From positions 544,001 to 608,000 of the forward strand of contig CBDFLE010000005.1 in the NCBI GenBank assembly GCA_965248925.1: a stretch of DNA of 64,000 nt. The letters run 5' to 3'. The notes beneath the pieces are model-generated. The model was not told the DNA's origin, made no database searches, and saw only the letters and a list, made by a program, of their open reading frames with translations. Source of the DNA: Candidatus Multivoradales bacterium (GTDB lineage: Bacteria > Acidobacteriota > Thermoanaerobaculia > Multivoradales > J023). This document shows, piece by piece, positions 9,222 through 18,335 of this stretch (position 1 is the stretch's first letter; each line of letters begins with the position of its first letter). Position numbers and translations under genes: made by a program.

Positions 9222-9944
9222 ATGAGATCGATCGAGACACCCTCCGAGGAGCTGCCGGGCGGCTGGCTGAAAACGATGAAGTCCATTCCTGCCGAGGACC
9301 GGCCGCGGGAACGTCTTCTGCGCTGCGGTTCGGCGGCGTTGTCGGATTCCGAACTGTTGGCAGTGTTGCTTCGTACCGGCAGAAAGGGCCGTTCGGCGGT
9401 AGCGATGGCCCGCGATCTGTTGGCCGAACATGGCGGGTTGAGTGGCCTGCTGAACGCCAGTCCGGCTGGCCTGAGGCGCCCTGGTTTGGCGGCTGCCAAA
9501 GCCGCTACTCTGCTGGCGGCGGTGGAGGTCGGTCGCCGTCTTGCCCGAGCCCAAGTCGACCGCCGCCGACTGCTCGATCAACCCAGCGTGGTCGCCGCGT
9601 ACTTGGCATTGCGCTATTGCGCTCCCGACCAAGAGGTGATGGGAGCCCTCTTTCTCGATGTCCGCCATCGACTGATCGCCGAATCTGATATTTTTCGCGG
9701 CACCCTGCGCCGCGCCGCTGTCGAGCCGCGGGCGATTCTCAAAGAAGCTCTGTTGACTTCGGCTTCGGGTTTGATCCTCTTCCACACTCATCCCAGCGGC
9801 GACCCCTCACCAAGCGCCGAGGATCTACTCTTCACCCGGCGAATGGCCAAGGCCGGCGAGGTCTTGGGAGTCGTCCTTGTGGATCATCTAATTCTTGGTG
9901 GCAGTGGGCGCTGGGTCTCCCTGCAACGGCGCGGGGCGTGGTAA
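9222..9944 (+). CDS. radC: RadC family JAB-domain protein (long form)
   Basis: RPRERLL..G..ALSDSELLA.LLRTG, HTHPSGDPSPSAED, LVDHLILG. Confidence 0.92.
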   Translation: MRSIETPSEELPGGWLKTMKSIPAEDRPRERLLRCGSAALSDSELLAVLLRTGRKGRSAVAMARDLLAEHGGLSGLLNASPAGLRRPGLAAAKAATLLAAVEVGRRLARAQVDRRRLLDQPSVVAAYLALRYCAPDQEVMGALFLDVRHRLIAESDIFRGTLRRAAVEPRAILKEALLTSASGLILFHTHPSGDPSPSAEDLLFTRRMAKAGEVLGVVLVDHLILGGSGRWVSLQRRGAW

Positions 9945-10004
9945 ATTGTTGCGCCGTTGGCATCTTTGGCCAGCGCTCCAATCTATTTTCCGAGGCCCCA
10001 GACG

Positions 10005-10916
10005 ATGCCCGAGATGACCCTAGATGCCGCGCTGAGTCAGACCCCAGACCTATTGCGCATGGGTTTGGCCGGCGACGGGTTTCTGCGCTGGGCGGCAGTC
10101 GATCTCACCGCCACGGTGGAGGCCGCTCGGCAGCGACACGATTTATCGCCGGTCGCCGCGGTGGCGCTGGGCCAGGCCCTGTCGGCGACGACATTGCTAC
10201 TGCGTTTCTCGATGAAGACGCCCAGCACCCTGATGCTAGAGCTGATCGGCGACGGTCCGCTGGGCAAGGTGACAGCAGAAGCCGAAAGCGACGGACGGCT
10301 GCGCGGTCGCGTCGATCAGCCGCAAACCGCGAGTCCCGATGAGGGCTTGGCAGCGATCGGCACGGCGGTAGGGCGCGGTATTTTGCGGGTCACTCGGCAA
10401 CACGGCAAGGGCCGTCACACCAGTCATGTCGCGCTCGAAACCGGCAGCTTGAGCCTCGATTTGGCGCACTACCTTGAGCAGAGCGAGCAGATCCACTCGG
10501 CGGTGATGCTGGGGGTCCTGCCGCGACCGGCCGGGGTGGGTGCTGCCGGCGGTTTGATTGTCGAAGCCCTGCCAGGTGCCGAAGACGAGCACCTCAAACA
10601 GCTGGAGAGCAATCTCGCCACCCTCGGCAGCGTTGCTGGCTTACTTGCCAGGGGCGGGGTGGGCGAACTGGTGCGAGGCGCCTTGGCTGGTTTCGACCGC
10701 GAAGTGCACTCCGAGCAGCCGCAGGTTTGGAGCTGTCGCTGCCGCCGGCAAGCTTTGCTGGAAAAGCTGATCGGCCTAGCCGCCGACGACTTCGAAAGTC
10801 TGTTTGCGGAGAGCCCGGGATGCCTGGCGGTCTGCGCCTTCTGCAACCAGCAGTATGACTTCGACCGCGACGAACTCGTAGCGGCGCGCGCCGCCACTGA
10901 GCCGGCAGATGCCTGA
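10005..10916 (+). CDS. hslO: Hsp33 redox-regulated chaperone
   Basis: GDGPLG, YLEQSEQI.S, AAGGLIVEALP, zinc motif CRC...CAFC. Confidence 0.88.
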   Translation: MPEMTLDAALSQTPDLLRMGLAGDGFLRWAAVDLTATVEAARQRHDLSPVAAVALGQALSATTLLLRFSMKTPSTLMLELIGDGPLGKVTAEAESDGRLRGRVDQPQTASPDEGLAAIGTAVGRGILRVTRQHGKGRHTSHVALETGSLSLDLAHYLEQSEQIHSAVMLGVLPRPAGVGAAGGLIVEALPGAEDEHLKQLESNLATLGSVAGLLARGGVGELVRGALAGFDREVHSEQPQVWSCRCRRQALLEKLIGLAADDFESLFAESPGCLAVCAFCNQQYDFDRDELVAARAATEPADA

Positions 10917-10979
10917 GGAGGGCGAGAGCCGGCGAAACTCCATTGAATGTGCCGACCACAAGGTTGGCGAGGAGCCCTG

Positions 10980-11303
10980 ATGATCGAGATTGATAAGTTC
11001 TTTGAGATCCAGCTGCGGGTGGCTACGGTGTTAGAGGCTGAAGCTATCCCCAAGTCCACCAAGCTGCTCCGGCTGAGCCTAGAGATCGGCGAAGAGGAGC
11101 CACGGACCGTGGTAGCGGGTATTGCCAAGAACTTTGAACCCGAGTCCTTGATCGGCCGGCAAGTGGTGATCGTCGCCAACTTGCAGCCTGCCAAGCTGAT
11201 GGGAGTGGAGTCCAACGGCATGATCTTGGCAGCCACCGACGACTCCGGACCGGCCTTGCTGATTCCTGACCGCCCAGTGCCCAATGGCACCCGAGTCGGC
11301 TGA
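10980..11303 (+). CDS. Stand-alone tRNA-binding OB-fold protein (MetRS C-terminal/beta subunit, Trbp111/CsaA-like)
   Basis: IEIDKFFEIQLRVATV, RTVVAGIA, VANLQPAKLMGVESNGMILAA. Confidence 0.88.
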   Translation: MIEIDKFFEIQLRVATVLEAEAIPKSTKLLRLSLEIGEEEPRTVVAGIAKNFEPESLIGRQVVIVANLQPAKLMGVESNGMILAATDDSGPALLIPDRPVPNGTRVG

Positions 11304-11313
11304 GCCTTCGCTG

Positions 11314-12129
11314 ATGTTACAGCCCGGCCCCATCGATTCTCACTGCCACGTCAATCTTCTCAACGATCCCGACGCTGCTCTTGAGCGGGCTCGCGAGTGC
11401 GGAATCAGCGGCTTCTTGGTGCCGGCGATCAAACTGGCCGATGCCGAGCCGCTGCTCGAACTCTGCTCACGCCACGACGATGTCTGGTGCGCCCTTGGAG
11501 TGCACCCGCACGAGGCCTCGACCTGGCAAGATGGCGACGACCGGCGCTTGGCTGACTTGCTTAGCGAACCCAAGGCGGTAGCGGTGGGGGAGTGCGGTCT
11601 CGATTTTCATTACGACCTGTCGCCCCGCGAAGAGCAGTTCCGTGCCGTCCGCGAGCAATGGCAATTGGCCATCGACCTGGATCTGCCGGTGGTGGTCCAC
11701 AATCGCGATTCCAACCAGGAGATGCTAGAGCTAGTGGCGCGACCAGAGTTCGCTGACCTGCGAGCAGATTTTCACTCCTTCGCTGGCGGTTTGGAGATGG
11801 CGCGTGGCCTTCTAGGTCGCGGCTTCTATCTGGGCATGACCGGGATGATTACCTTCCCCAAGGCCGATAACGTGCGCGAGGTGCTACCAGAAACTCCCCA
11901 CGACCGCCTTTTGGTCGAGACCGACACCCCCTACTTGGCACCGGTACCGCACCGTGGCAAACGCAACCAGCCAGCTTTTGTGGTTGCGGTGCTCGAAAGA
12001 CTGGCTGAGGAACTTGGTTTGAGCATTGCTCAGGCGGTGCGCCAGACCAATGAGAACTTCTTTCGCTTGTTCTCGCGAACTCGTCTTGGTGCAGCTGAGC
12101 CCATCGGAGGCTTTCCCACCGCGGTCTGA
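11314..12129 (+). CDS. tatD: TatD family metal-dependent DNase
   Basis: IDSHCH, GVHPH, VGECGLDFHY, VVHNRDS, HSF, LLVETDTPYLAP. Confidence 0.93.
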   Translation: MLQPGPIDSHCHVNLLNDPDAALERARECGISGFLVPAIKLADAEPLLELCSRHDDVWCALGVHPHEASTWQDGDDRRLADLLSEPKAVAVGECGLDFHYDLSPREEQFRAVREQWQLAIDLDLPVVVHNRDSNQEMLELVARPEFADLRADFHSFAGGLEMARGLLGRGFYLGMTGMITFPKADNVREVLPETPHDRLLVETDTPYLAPVPHRGKRNQPAFVVAVLERLAEELGLSIAQAVRQTNENFFRLFSRTRLGAAEPIGGFPTAV

Positions 12130-12274
12130 GAACGGGTTGGAGTAGATCTTGCTCTCACTCTAGCCTGCTCCTAGGCGGTGGTCACCCTGCCTCGGTCGCT
12201 TGGCGTCATCCTACGTTCATCTGCCATCAAATACTCTTGCCACCGTTCAAGGAGTACGCAGTTACCGAGGAACC

Positions 12275-13117
12275 ATGGTGAACGTCGAGCAACCAAAAAA
12301 CGACTCCCCAACGACGCCAAGTCTGCTGTTGGTGGATGACAACCACGACCTGCGACGAGCCACGGCTGAGCTGCTGCGAGCGAAGGGCTGGGAGGTGGTC
12401 GAAGCTGGATCGGCGGAACAAGCTCTGGAGTTAGCCGCTCACCGATCGTTCGCAGTCCTGGTCAGTGATGTCTCGATGCCCGGCATGGACGGTCCCGAGC
12501 TGGTGACTCGTCTACGCCGGCAGCTTCCCGGCCTACGTTGTCTGCTGGTCTCTTCCGCGGAGGGGCGGGCGGATGTAGAGCGCTTGGTGACCCGGCGGGA
12601 GGTGCTATTTCTCGCCAAGCCTTTCTCGGAAGCTCAGCTTTCCCGTTCCCTCCGGCAGCTTCCCTCTGCATCTCCTAAGATTCAATCACGGCGCTATCTG
12701 GCGTTGGCCGCGGTCGCTTTAGTAGCTGCATCCTTGGTCGGCTGGTGGCTACAAATGAGGCCTCCGCCGCTACCCCCGGCAGCTGCTTCCGGGGTGGTTC
12801 GCGGCTCGACTCTTGAGCCAATTCGGCCTCTTGGGGAGCAGATTCAGCCGCCTGACGATCTCGCTTGGCGTGAAGTTGATCTAGCTGCAAGTTACCGTGT
12901 GAGCTTGCGCGAGGTTGACGAGAATCTACTGTGGCAGACGAAAGTAGAGGGTTCGCCTACCGACGTGCCGGCCAAGTTGCGACAAGCGTTGCAACCCGGG
13001 GTTGTTTATTTCTGGCAAGTGGAAGCTCTGGACACGACCGGCGCTCGACTGGCATGGTCCAGTCCGGTGCAATTCCGGATGATCGCGGAGCTGGCCGCAA
13101 TACAAGGTGTTGAGTAG
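12275..13117 (+). CDS. Receiver domain-TM-extracytoplasmic beta-sandwich (FN3/Ig-like) protein
   Basis: REC motifs LLLVDD, VSDVSMPGMDG, LAKPF; TM (YLALAAVALVAASLVGWWL); C-terminus VVRG..LEPIRP...LAW...SYRV...YFWQVEALD. Confidence 0.75.
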   Translation: MVNVEQPKNDSPTTPSLLLVDDNHDLRRATAELLRAKGWEVVEAGSAEQALELAAHRSFAVLVSDVSMPGMDGPELVTRLRRQLPGLRCLLVSSAEGRADVERLVTRREVLFLAKPFSEAQLSRSLRQLPSASPKIQSRRYLALAAVALVAASLVGWWLQMRPPPLPPAAASGVVRGSTLEPIRPLGEQIQPPDDLAWREVDLAASYRVSLREVDENLLWQTKVEGSPTDVPAKLRQALQPGVVYFWQVEALDTTGARLAWSSPVQFRMIAELAAIQGVE

Positions 13118-13144
13118 CGAGGCTTAGGAATTGGAGGACTTGAG

Positions 13145-14182
13145 ATGCTTGAGAGCTACCCTGCAAAGTTGATTCGACGGACTCTGGTGGTCGAGACGAT
13201 GGTCTTCTGCTGGGCCTCGGTGGCCTTCTGCCGGCCAGATCTCACCCTGCGGGTGAATGATACTTCGGTAGACGCCGGTGGTCGGGTGGCGATCGTCTTG
13301 CGCACCTATGCTTCACGGCCAATCGGCCAAGGCCAGCTGTGTTTTCGTAATGCCTTCGTGGCCAACGGTCCCGACCAGCTGCTGGGCAAAGGAATAGGTT
13401 CTCCTTTCGTGGCGCTCGACAGTTTCGTCATCTTCAGTGAGATGGGAGACGTTGTGGCCGAGGCTTCTTTTGACCCGATTACCCAGTTGGTACTGGTTGA
13501 TTTCTCCTCGGTTTCCGCAACTGTCAACAGTGCCGATGGGCCTCTTGGAGTACTCTACTTTCAAGTCGATGGAGGGTTGGTTCCGGACACCGTTTTCAAT
13601 GTGGAGATAGACCCCGACGCCTCTTTCCTGGTTGACGAAGCTGGATTGCCGGTGATCATCAGGCCGCGGTCCGGGGAAATGGATATCCGACCGCTCGGCG
13701 CACCTTACTTGTTGGAAACCGGCGCTGCCGAGGTAGTTCCGGGAGCAGTCGCTTTGCTGAGCGTCGAGACCTCAGAGCTGTTCCCCATTGCAGGCGGCCA
13801 GATCGGCCTCCGCTATCCGGCAGAGATCGCTGGTGGGCCGCCGACGGTCAGTGTCGACCCACGCTACGGCCTGGTCATGGTCGAGACTTCGAGGGCTGAA
13901 CCTGGCCTGCTAGTGATCAATCTTAACTCTCCCGACAGTTCCTACAACGAGGTGCCTGGAGAGATCTTGACCATCGCGCTGCCGATCCGTGGCGATGCTC
14001 CTTTAGGCAATGTCTATCCTCTGACCCTCGATCCGGACTCCACCTTCCTCAGCGGACCGGCAGGAGCACCGATCAGCTTGCAGCTGATGGGCTCAACGGT
14101 CAAAGTGACCGGCCCGCCGGCGCTCTTCACGGATGGTTTTGAAGGTGGCGACTTTGCTGCCTGGTCGGCAGTGCAGCCCTGA
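13145..14182 (+). CDS. Secreted protein with two cohesin-like beta-sandwich repeats and a C-terminal F.DGFE.GD...WS motif
   Basis: Two internal repeats (PIGQGQL...IDPDASFL / PIAGGQI...LDPDSTFL); ends LFTDGFEGGDFAAWSAVQP; GGAGG RBS. Confidence 0.65.
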   Translation: MLESYPAKLIRRTLVVETMVFCWASVAFCRPDLTLRVNDTSVDAGGRVAIVLRTYASRPIGQGQLCFRNAFVANGPDQLLGKGIGSPFVALDSFVIFSEMGDVVAEASFDPITQLVLVDFSSVSATVNSADGPLGVLYFQVDGGLVPDTVFNVEIDPDASFLVDEAGLPVIIRPRSGEMDIRPLGAPYLLETGAAEVVPGAVALLSVETSELFPIAGGQIGLRYPAEIAGGPPTVSVDPRYGLVMVETSRAEPGLLVINLNSPDSSYNEVPGEILTIALPIRGDAPLGNVYPLTLDPDSTFLSGPAGAPISLQLMGSTVKVTGPPALFTDGFEGGDFAAWSAVQP

Positions 14183-14205
14183 CGCGTAGTTCTTGGCGGC
14201 TATGC

Positions 14206-16833
14206 TCAGCCCTTCCGCGGGCGCAGCCACCAGGCGGTGATCGGCAGCAATAGGGCGGCAGCGACCAGCAGCCAGGTCCAGCCCCGCTGGCGCTCGATCA
14301 AGGGGCCAACATCTCCCACCAGCACGTAGGCCGCCCACACTGAGGGGCGGTCCCAATCTGGATCCGAATGCAGGCGTAGCTTGGCTTGGCGAAGCGCATC
14401 CGCGGGTGCCAGGCCGCGGCCGAGGAAGTGATAGAGCTGCTCCATGAACACCGCTGAGCTTTGGTCGTCGACATCCCACAGGGTGGCGATCACGGCTGCC
14501 GATCCTGCTGCCAGGAAGGCGCCGGCGAGGGAGGAGAGGGCTCGGCCTTGGTCGTCGGCAAGGGCTGTTCGGCAGGCCGATAACACGGTCAAGCCAACCG
14601 CCATCTCGAGTCTGGCAATCTCGCGTGGGTAGAGTAGGCCGTCGTTGGCCGAGTCGCTGCCGAGGACGATCGCAGCGCTGCCGCCGGGGCGTTCGTCAAG
14701 CACCGCGTGGCTGGCCAAGTGGAGGATACGTGCCGGCGCAGCGACGGCAGCGCGGAAATACTCCTCGGTCGCGTGCGCGCCAACAGCTAACTCGCTTTCC
14801 CCTGGCCACTGCTCGGCGATGCGTAGCAGCTCGCCCGTTGCTGCTGGTAATGGGGAGAGATGAAAACGCTCGATCAGCAACTCGCGTGGCGTGCCTGGTT
14901 GCTCTGGCAAGTACTCCAATCGGGGATCGGCCAAACCTACCAGGCGGTCGCTGGTTGGGGGTTGCCGGCGACCTAGGGCGGAGGCGCTTGGCAGGTAGCT
15001 GACCACCAGGTGATCGATCAATCGCTGGTCGCCGTGGTCGCCGGTAGGCAGCAGCTCAAAAGGCAGGTAGTGGAGCACTCCGTCGGGGGCAATCTGCAGC
15101 GTGCCCGAAGCCTGGTCAAGGGTAGCCAACGGCGTCAGCAGGATTCTCGATAGCTCGGCTAGAGCCTCCTGCGGCAGCTGCTTGCCAGCTGCCAGGGCGC
15201 GATGAACTTCGCTCACCAGCGTATTGACGGTGGCCGGCGGGCCGAGATCATGGAGTTCGATACGGCCTTCACCGATCTGCCACAGCAGCAGGCTAGAGTC
15301 GGTCAAATAGAGTTCCAAAATGCGGTTGGCAGCAGCCAGCTCGAGCAGCTCGGCGGCGCTTCGCGGAGTTTGGGGCAGATTCCCCGGCGGCTTATCGGCG
15401 GCCTTAGTGAGGTGAGCCAGGGTCTCGATCAGTTCCCTTGCCTTCGCCTGCTGGACAATCTCCAGCGCATGCTCGGCATGGCCAAGGCCGGGTTGCTGGT
15501 GGTCGAGCCGGGCCAGCACCTCAATGGCGGCGCTGTAGACCACTCGCTGGTCGGCAAGAAAAGTCCACCGCAGGTCGTCTTGATCCAGTCTGTCGGCGCC
15601 CAACTTGCTTTGCTGCTGCTCGACCCCGGCGACTGCGCGCAGTAAATGCGGCAATGCCAATCCCAACTTACCGCGGGCCGCCTGCACTAGGCCAAGGCCG
15701 TTTTCGGCTTGCCAGTGGGCGATGGTTGAGGAGTCTTTGGCGGCGGCGAACTGCTGCTGAAACATCTGCTCCGCCTGGTCAAACTGGCCGCGGTCGAGGT
15801 GCAGGCGGCCGAGTTGCCCGAGGCTGCGCAGTTCTTCGGCTTTGGCGCCGCCCTGCCGCGCCGCCTTCAGAGCGCTGCTCAAGGCAAGCTCAGCGTCGTC
15901 CAACCGCGCCAGGTTGAGGTGATAGGCCAGCCCCAGGTTGAGCAGCGCATTGGCTCGACCGCTACCGTCGCCGAGTTGCTGAAAAAGCTCGGCAGCGGCA
16001 GCGAAGGCTGCCACTGCTCGTTGCGGATCGCCGAGATTGCGATAGACCACGCCCAGGTTGACCCGCAGATTGGCGCGGCGGTGGGGCGGCACCCTTGGGT
16101 CGTCGGCGACCGCTCGGCGATACTGCTCGAGCGCCGGTCGGTAGGCACCGGCGAGCTCCAACGCCACCCCCTGGTTGACCCTCGAGATCCAGGCTTGCTC
16201 GGCGGCCCAAGGCTGTTCGGCATGCTGGTCGGCCAGTTGCTCAGCCAGCCGATGGTGGACCAGAGCATCGGTGTAGCGGCCGGCTTCGGTCTCCAATGCC
16301 CCGAGATTGGCCAGGTTGACCACCTCTTGGCCGAGATTGCCTAGCTGGCGGTTGATATTTAATGCCTCGTTGAAGGCTTGACGGCTAGCGGCGAAGTTAC
16401 CCAAGTAACGCTCGCTGAGGCCGAGGTTGTTCAGCACTCGGGCCAGACGGCGGTGATCGCCGAGCTGGCGCCGCAGAGCGAGGGCCTGGCGGCATTCAGC
16501 GACGGCCCGGTGATGGTCGCCGAGGTCGTTGAATACCACGCAGGCGTTGTTCAAGGCCCGAGCGCGCAACTCGGGGTCGGCGCCGGGCTGGCTTGCGGCC
16601 GCGTGGAAGGCCTCGGCAGCCTGCCGCCAGAGTCCTTCGCCATAGAGTCGCCGCGCTGCCTCCAAGTCCTGGGCGGTGAGGGTGGCGGCCAGCAGCCAGC
16701 CGCCGAAAACGAGCAGCCACCAAAGTCGTTGGCGAGGATGGTGTTGGGTCTTCTTACCGCAGGATTTAAGCCGGTACATCTGCAGATCGTACCCTACTCG
16801 GGGCGCCGCCCGGTGGGCGGCGGAGGCGACCAT
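14206..16833 (-). CDS. TPR-CHAT (caspase-like) protease, exported and C-terminally membrane-anchored
   Basis: Hydrophobic signal (LWWLLVFGGWLLAATLTAQ), TPRs, IAPDGVLHYLPFELL, His motif ILHLASHA, Cys motif VLSACRT, VIATLWDVDD, WAAYVLVG, C-terminal TM plus RPRKG; alternative start 16779. Confidence 0.88.
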   Translation of the reverse strand: MVASAAHRAAPRVGYDLQMYRLKSCGKKTQHHPRQRLWWLLVFGGWLLAATLTAQDLEAARRLYGEGLWRQAAEAFHAAASQPGADPELRARALNNACVVFNDLGDHHRAVAECRQALALRRQLGDHRRLARVLNNLGLSERYLGNFAASRQAFNEALNINRQLGNLGQEVVNLANLGALETEAGRYTDALVHHRLAEQLADQHAEQPWAAEQAWISRVNQGVALELAGAYRPALEQYRRAVADDPRVPPHRRANLRVNLGVVYRNLGDPQRAVAAFAAAAELFQQLGDGSGRANALLNLGLAYHLNLARLDDAELALSSALKAARQGGAKAEELRSLGQLGRLHLDRGQFDQAEQMFQQQFAAAKDSSTIAHWQAENGLGLVQAARGKLGLALPHLLRAVAGVEQQQSKLGADRLDQDDLRWTFLADQRVVYSAAIEVLARLDHQQPGLGHAEHALEIVQQAKARELIETLAHLTKAADKPPGNLPQTPRSAAELLELAAANRILELYLTDSSLLLWQIGEGRIELHDLGPPATVNTLVSEVHRALAAGKQLPQEALAELSRILLTPLATLDQASGTLQIAPDGVLHYLPFELLPTGDHGDQRLIDHLVVSYLPSASALGRRQPPTSDRLVGLADPRLEYLPEQPGTPRELLIERFHLSPLPAATGELLRIAEQWPGESELAVGAHATEEYFRAAVAAPARILHLASHAVLDERPGGSAAIVLGSDSANDGLLYPREIARLEMAVGLTVLSACRTALADDQGRALSSLAGAFLAAGSAAVIATLWDVDDQSSAVFMEQLYHFLGRGLAPADALRQAKLRLHSDPDWDRPSVWAAYVLVGDVGPLIERQRGWTWLLVAAALLLPITAWWLRPRKG

Positions 16834-16839
16834 CGGGGG

Positions 16840-18156
16840 CTAACTGCTGGTCTTGAGCGGGAACCGGTCTGGGCGGCCGAAGAGGAACCCCTGGGCGGTT
16901 GGACATCCTGCCGCTTGGATGGTCCGCAGCTCTCTCGGGTTCTCGATACCCTCTGCCACCACCTCCAAGCCCAATCGGTTGCCGAGCGCTACCACCGCTT
17001 CCACAATCGCCAGGCTGGTGTCGTCGGTCACAGCTTGGCTGGTGAATTCTCGCGGGATCTTCACCTTGCGGGCGCGCAGCAGCTTGAGGTACTGCAACGA
17101 GCTGAAGCCGGTGCCGAAATCGTCCAAGGCCAGCTGGATGCCCCGGCGATGCAACCTGGCCAGACCGCTGCCGTGGTCGTCCAGGGAGTCTACGGCCACC
17201 GTTTCGGTGAGCTCGAGCTCCAGCAGGTGCTCCGGCAATCGAGCAGCCTCCAATGCCTTGTCGATGCAGGCAGGAAAAGACGGGTCGGCCAGCTGTAAGG
17301 CGGCGACATTAACCGCGATCAAGGTGTCGTGGGCAATCTGTGAACTCCACCGTTGCCGCCAACGGCAGGCTTCCTTGAGCACCCAGCTGCCGAGATCGCA
17401 GACCAAGCCGGTGGACTCGGCGAGAGGAATGAACTCATTAGGACCCAGCAGTCCGCGGCGCGGGTGAAGCCACCTGATCAGGGCTTCGTACGCCTTGACC
17501 TTCCCGCTCCTGAGATTGATCTGGGGTTGGAAATCCAAGTAGAGCTGACCCTGCTGTAGAGCCCTCTGCAGGGCCTCGAACTCGCTCAGCTCAGCCGCCT
17601 GTCGGGCAGCGGCGCCATCTAGGCAAGAGATTCGTTTACCACTCTGCCGAGCCTGCTCCAGGGCGGTGCGTGCCCGGCCGAGCAGCTCTTCAGCGGCTAC
17701 CCCATGGGTGTGCAAGCTCAAGCCAACCCGGCATGCCTGGCGAGGGTGCTCGGCTCGCTTGCTGATCGAGGTGGCGGCGTCCACTAACTTCTGCGCCAGG
17801 AACAAAGCGCTGAGGGGATCAGCGACCGCCCGCTGCAAGATCGCGAAGCGACCCCGACCGAGATAGGTCCAGGCATCGCAAGAGCGTACCAATTCGGCGA
17901 GCTGCACGGCCACGGCGCGAATCCTCGGTGTCTGGGTTGAGAGGTCCGGTGCCGGGTCGGGGGTAGACTCGACCGATAGCACCTGCACGGCAATCGTTTC
18001 CCCGGTTCGATCCGCTTGAGCGACCGCCTGCCGCAGGCGGTCGGCGAAGCTCGATCCCGCGGCCGCGGGCGCTTGCTCAGCGCCGCGGGGCAGCCGCGCA
18101 TCGAAGGTGGCATGGGCCGAGGAATCGACGGTAGTCAAGGTTTCCAACTCCAACAT
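16840..18156 (-). CDS. Degenerate GGDEF-EAL protein (probable c-di-GMP phosphodiesterase)
   Basis: YEALIRW, FIPLAESTG, AVNV, LELELTE, LDDFGTGFSSL, VVAEGIE, QGFLF; the GGDEF site reads GRGRF. Confidence 0.85.
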   Translation of the reverse strand: MLELETLTTVDSSAHATFDARLPRGAEQAPAAAGSSFADRLRQAVAQADRTGETIAVQVLSVESTPDPAPDLSTQTPRIRAVAVQLAELVRSCDAWTYLGRGRFAILQRAVADPLSALFLAQKLVDAATSISKRAEHPRQACRVGLSLHTHGVAAEELLGRARTALEQARQSGKRISCLDGAAARQAAELSEFEALQRALQQGQLYLDFQPQINLRSGKVKAYEALIRWLHPRRGLLGPNEFIPLAESTGLVCDLGSWVLKEACRWRQRWSSQIAHDTLIAVNVAALQLADPSFPACIDKALEAARLPEHLLELELTETVAVDSLDDHGSGLARLHRRGIQLALDDFGTGFSSLQYLKLLRARKVKIPREFTSQAVTDDTSLAIVEAVVALGNRLGLEVVAEGIENPRELRTIQAAGCPTAQGFLFGRPDRFPLKTSS

Positions 18157-18335
18157 GAAATCCTCCCGTGGATGTCTGGCGCTTTCTATCGCGTCGGAGA
18201 TGAATGGAGCGTGAAGAAGTCTGAGAAGTAGCTAGAGATAATTGAAAATGGCCGCCGGAGTTCAATCCGGCGGCCAATCCTCGGGTCAGTTGCTGCCTGA
18301 GGGGCAGTGCTATCGGCCCTTGCCGGCAGCCATTC

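Noticed and set aside
9123-9791. Long N-terminal extension of agmatinase (528-aa ORF)
   Set aside because: The extension is the antisense shadow of radC; the agmatinase-like sequence begins at about 9122
9222-9944. radC as a marker of a mobile element
   Set aside because: It is the long chromosomal form among housekeeping genes; no integrase, transposase or att sites were seen
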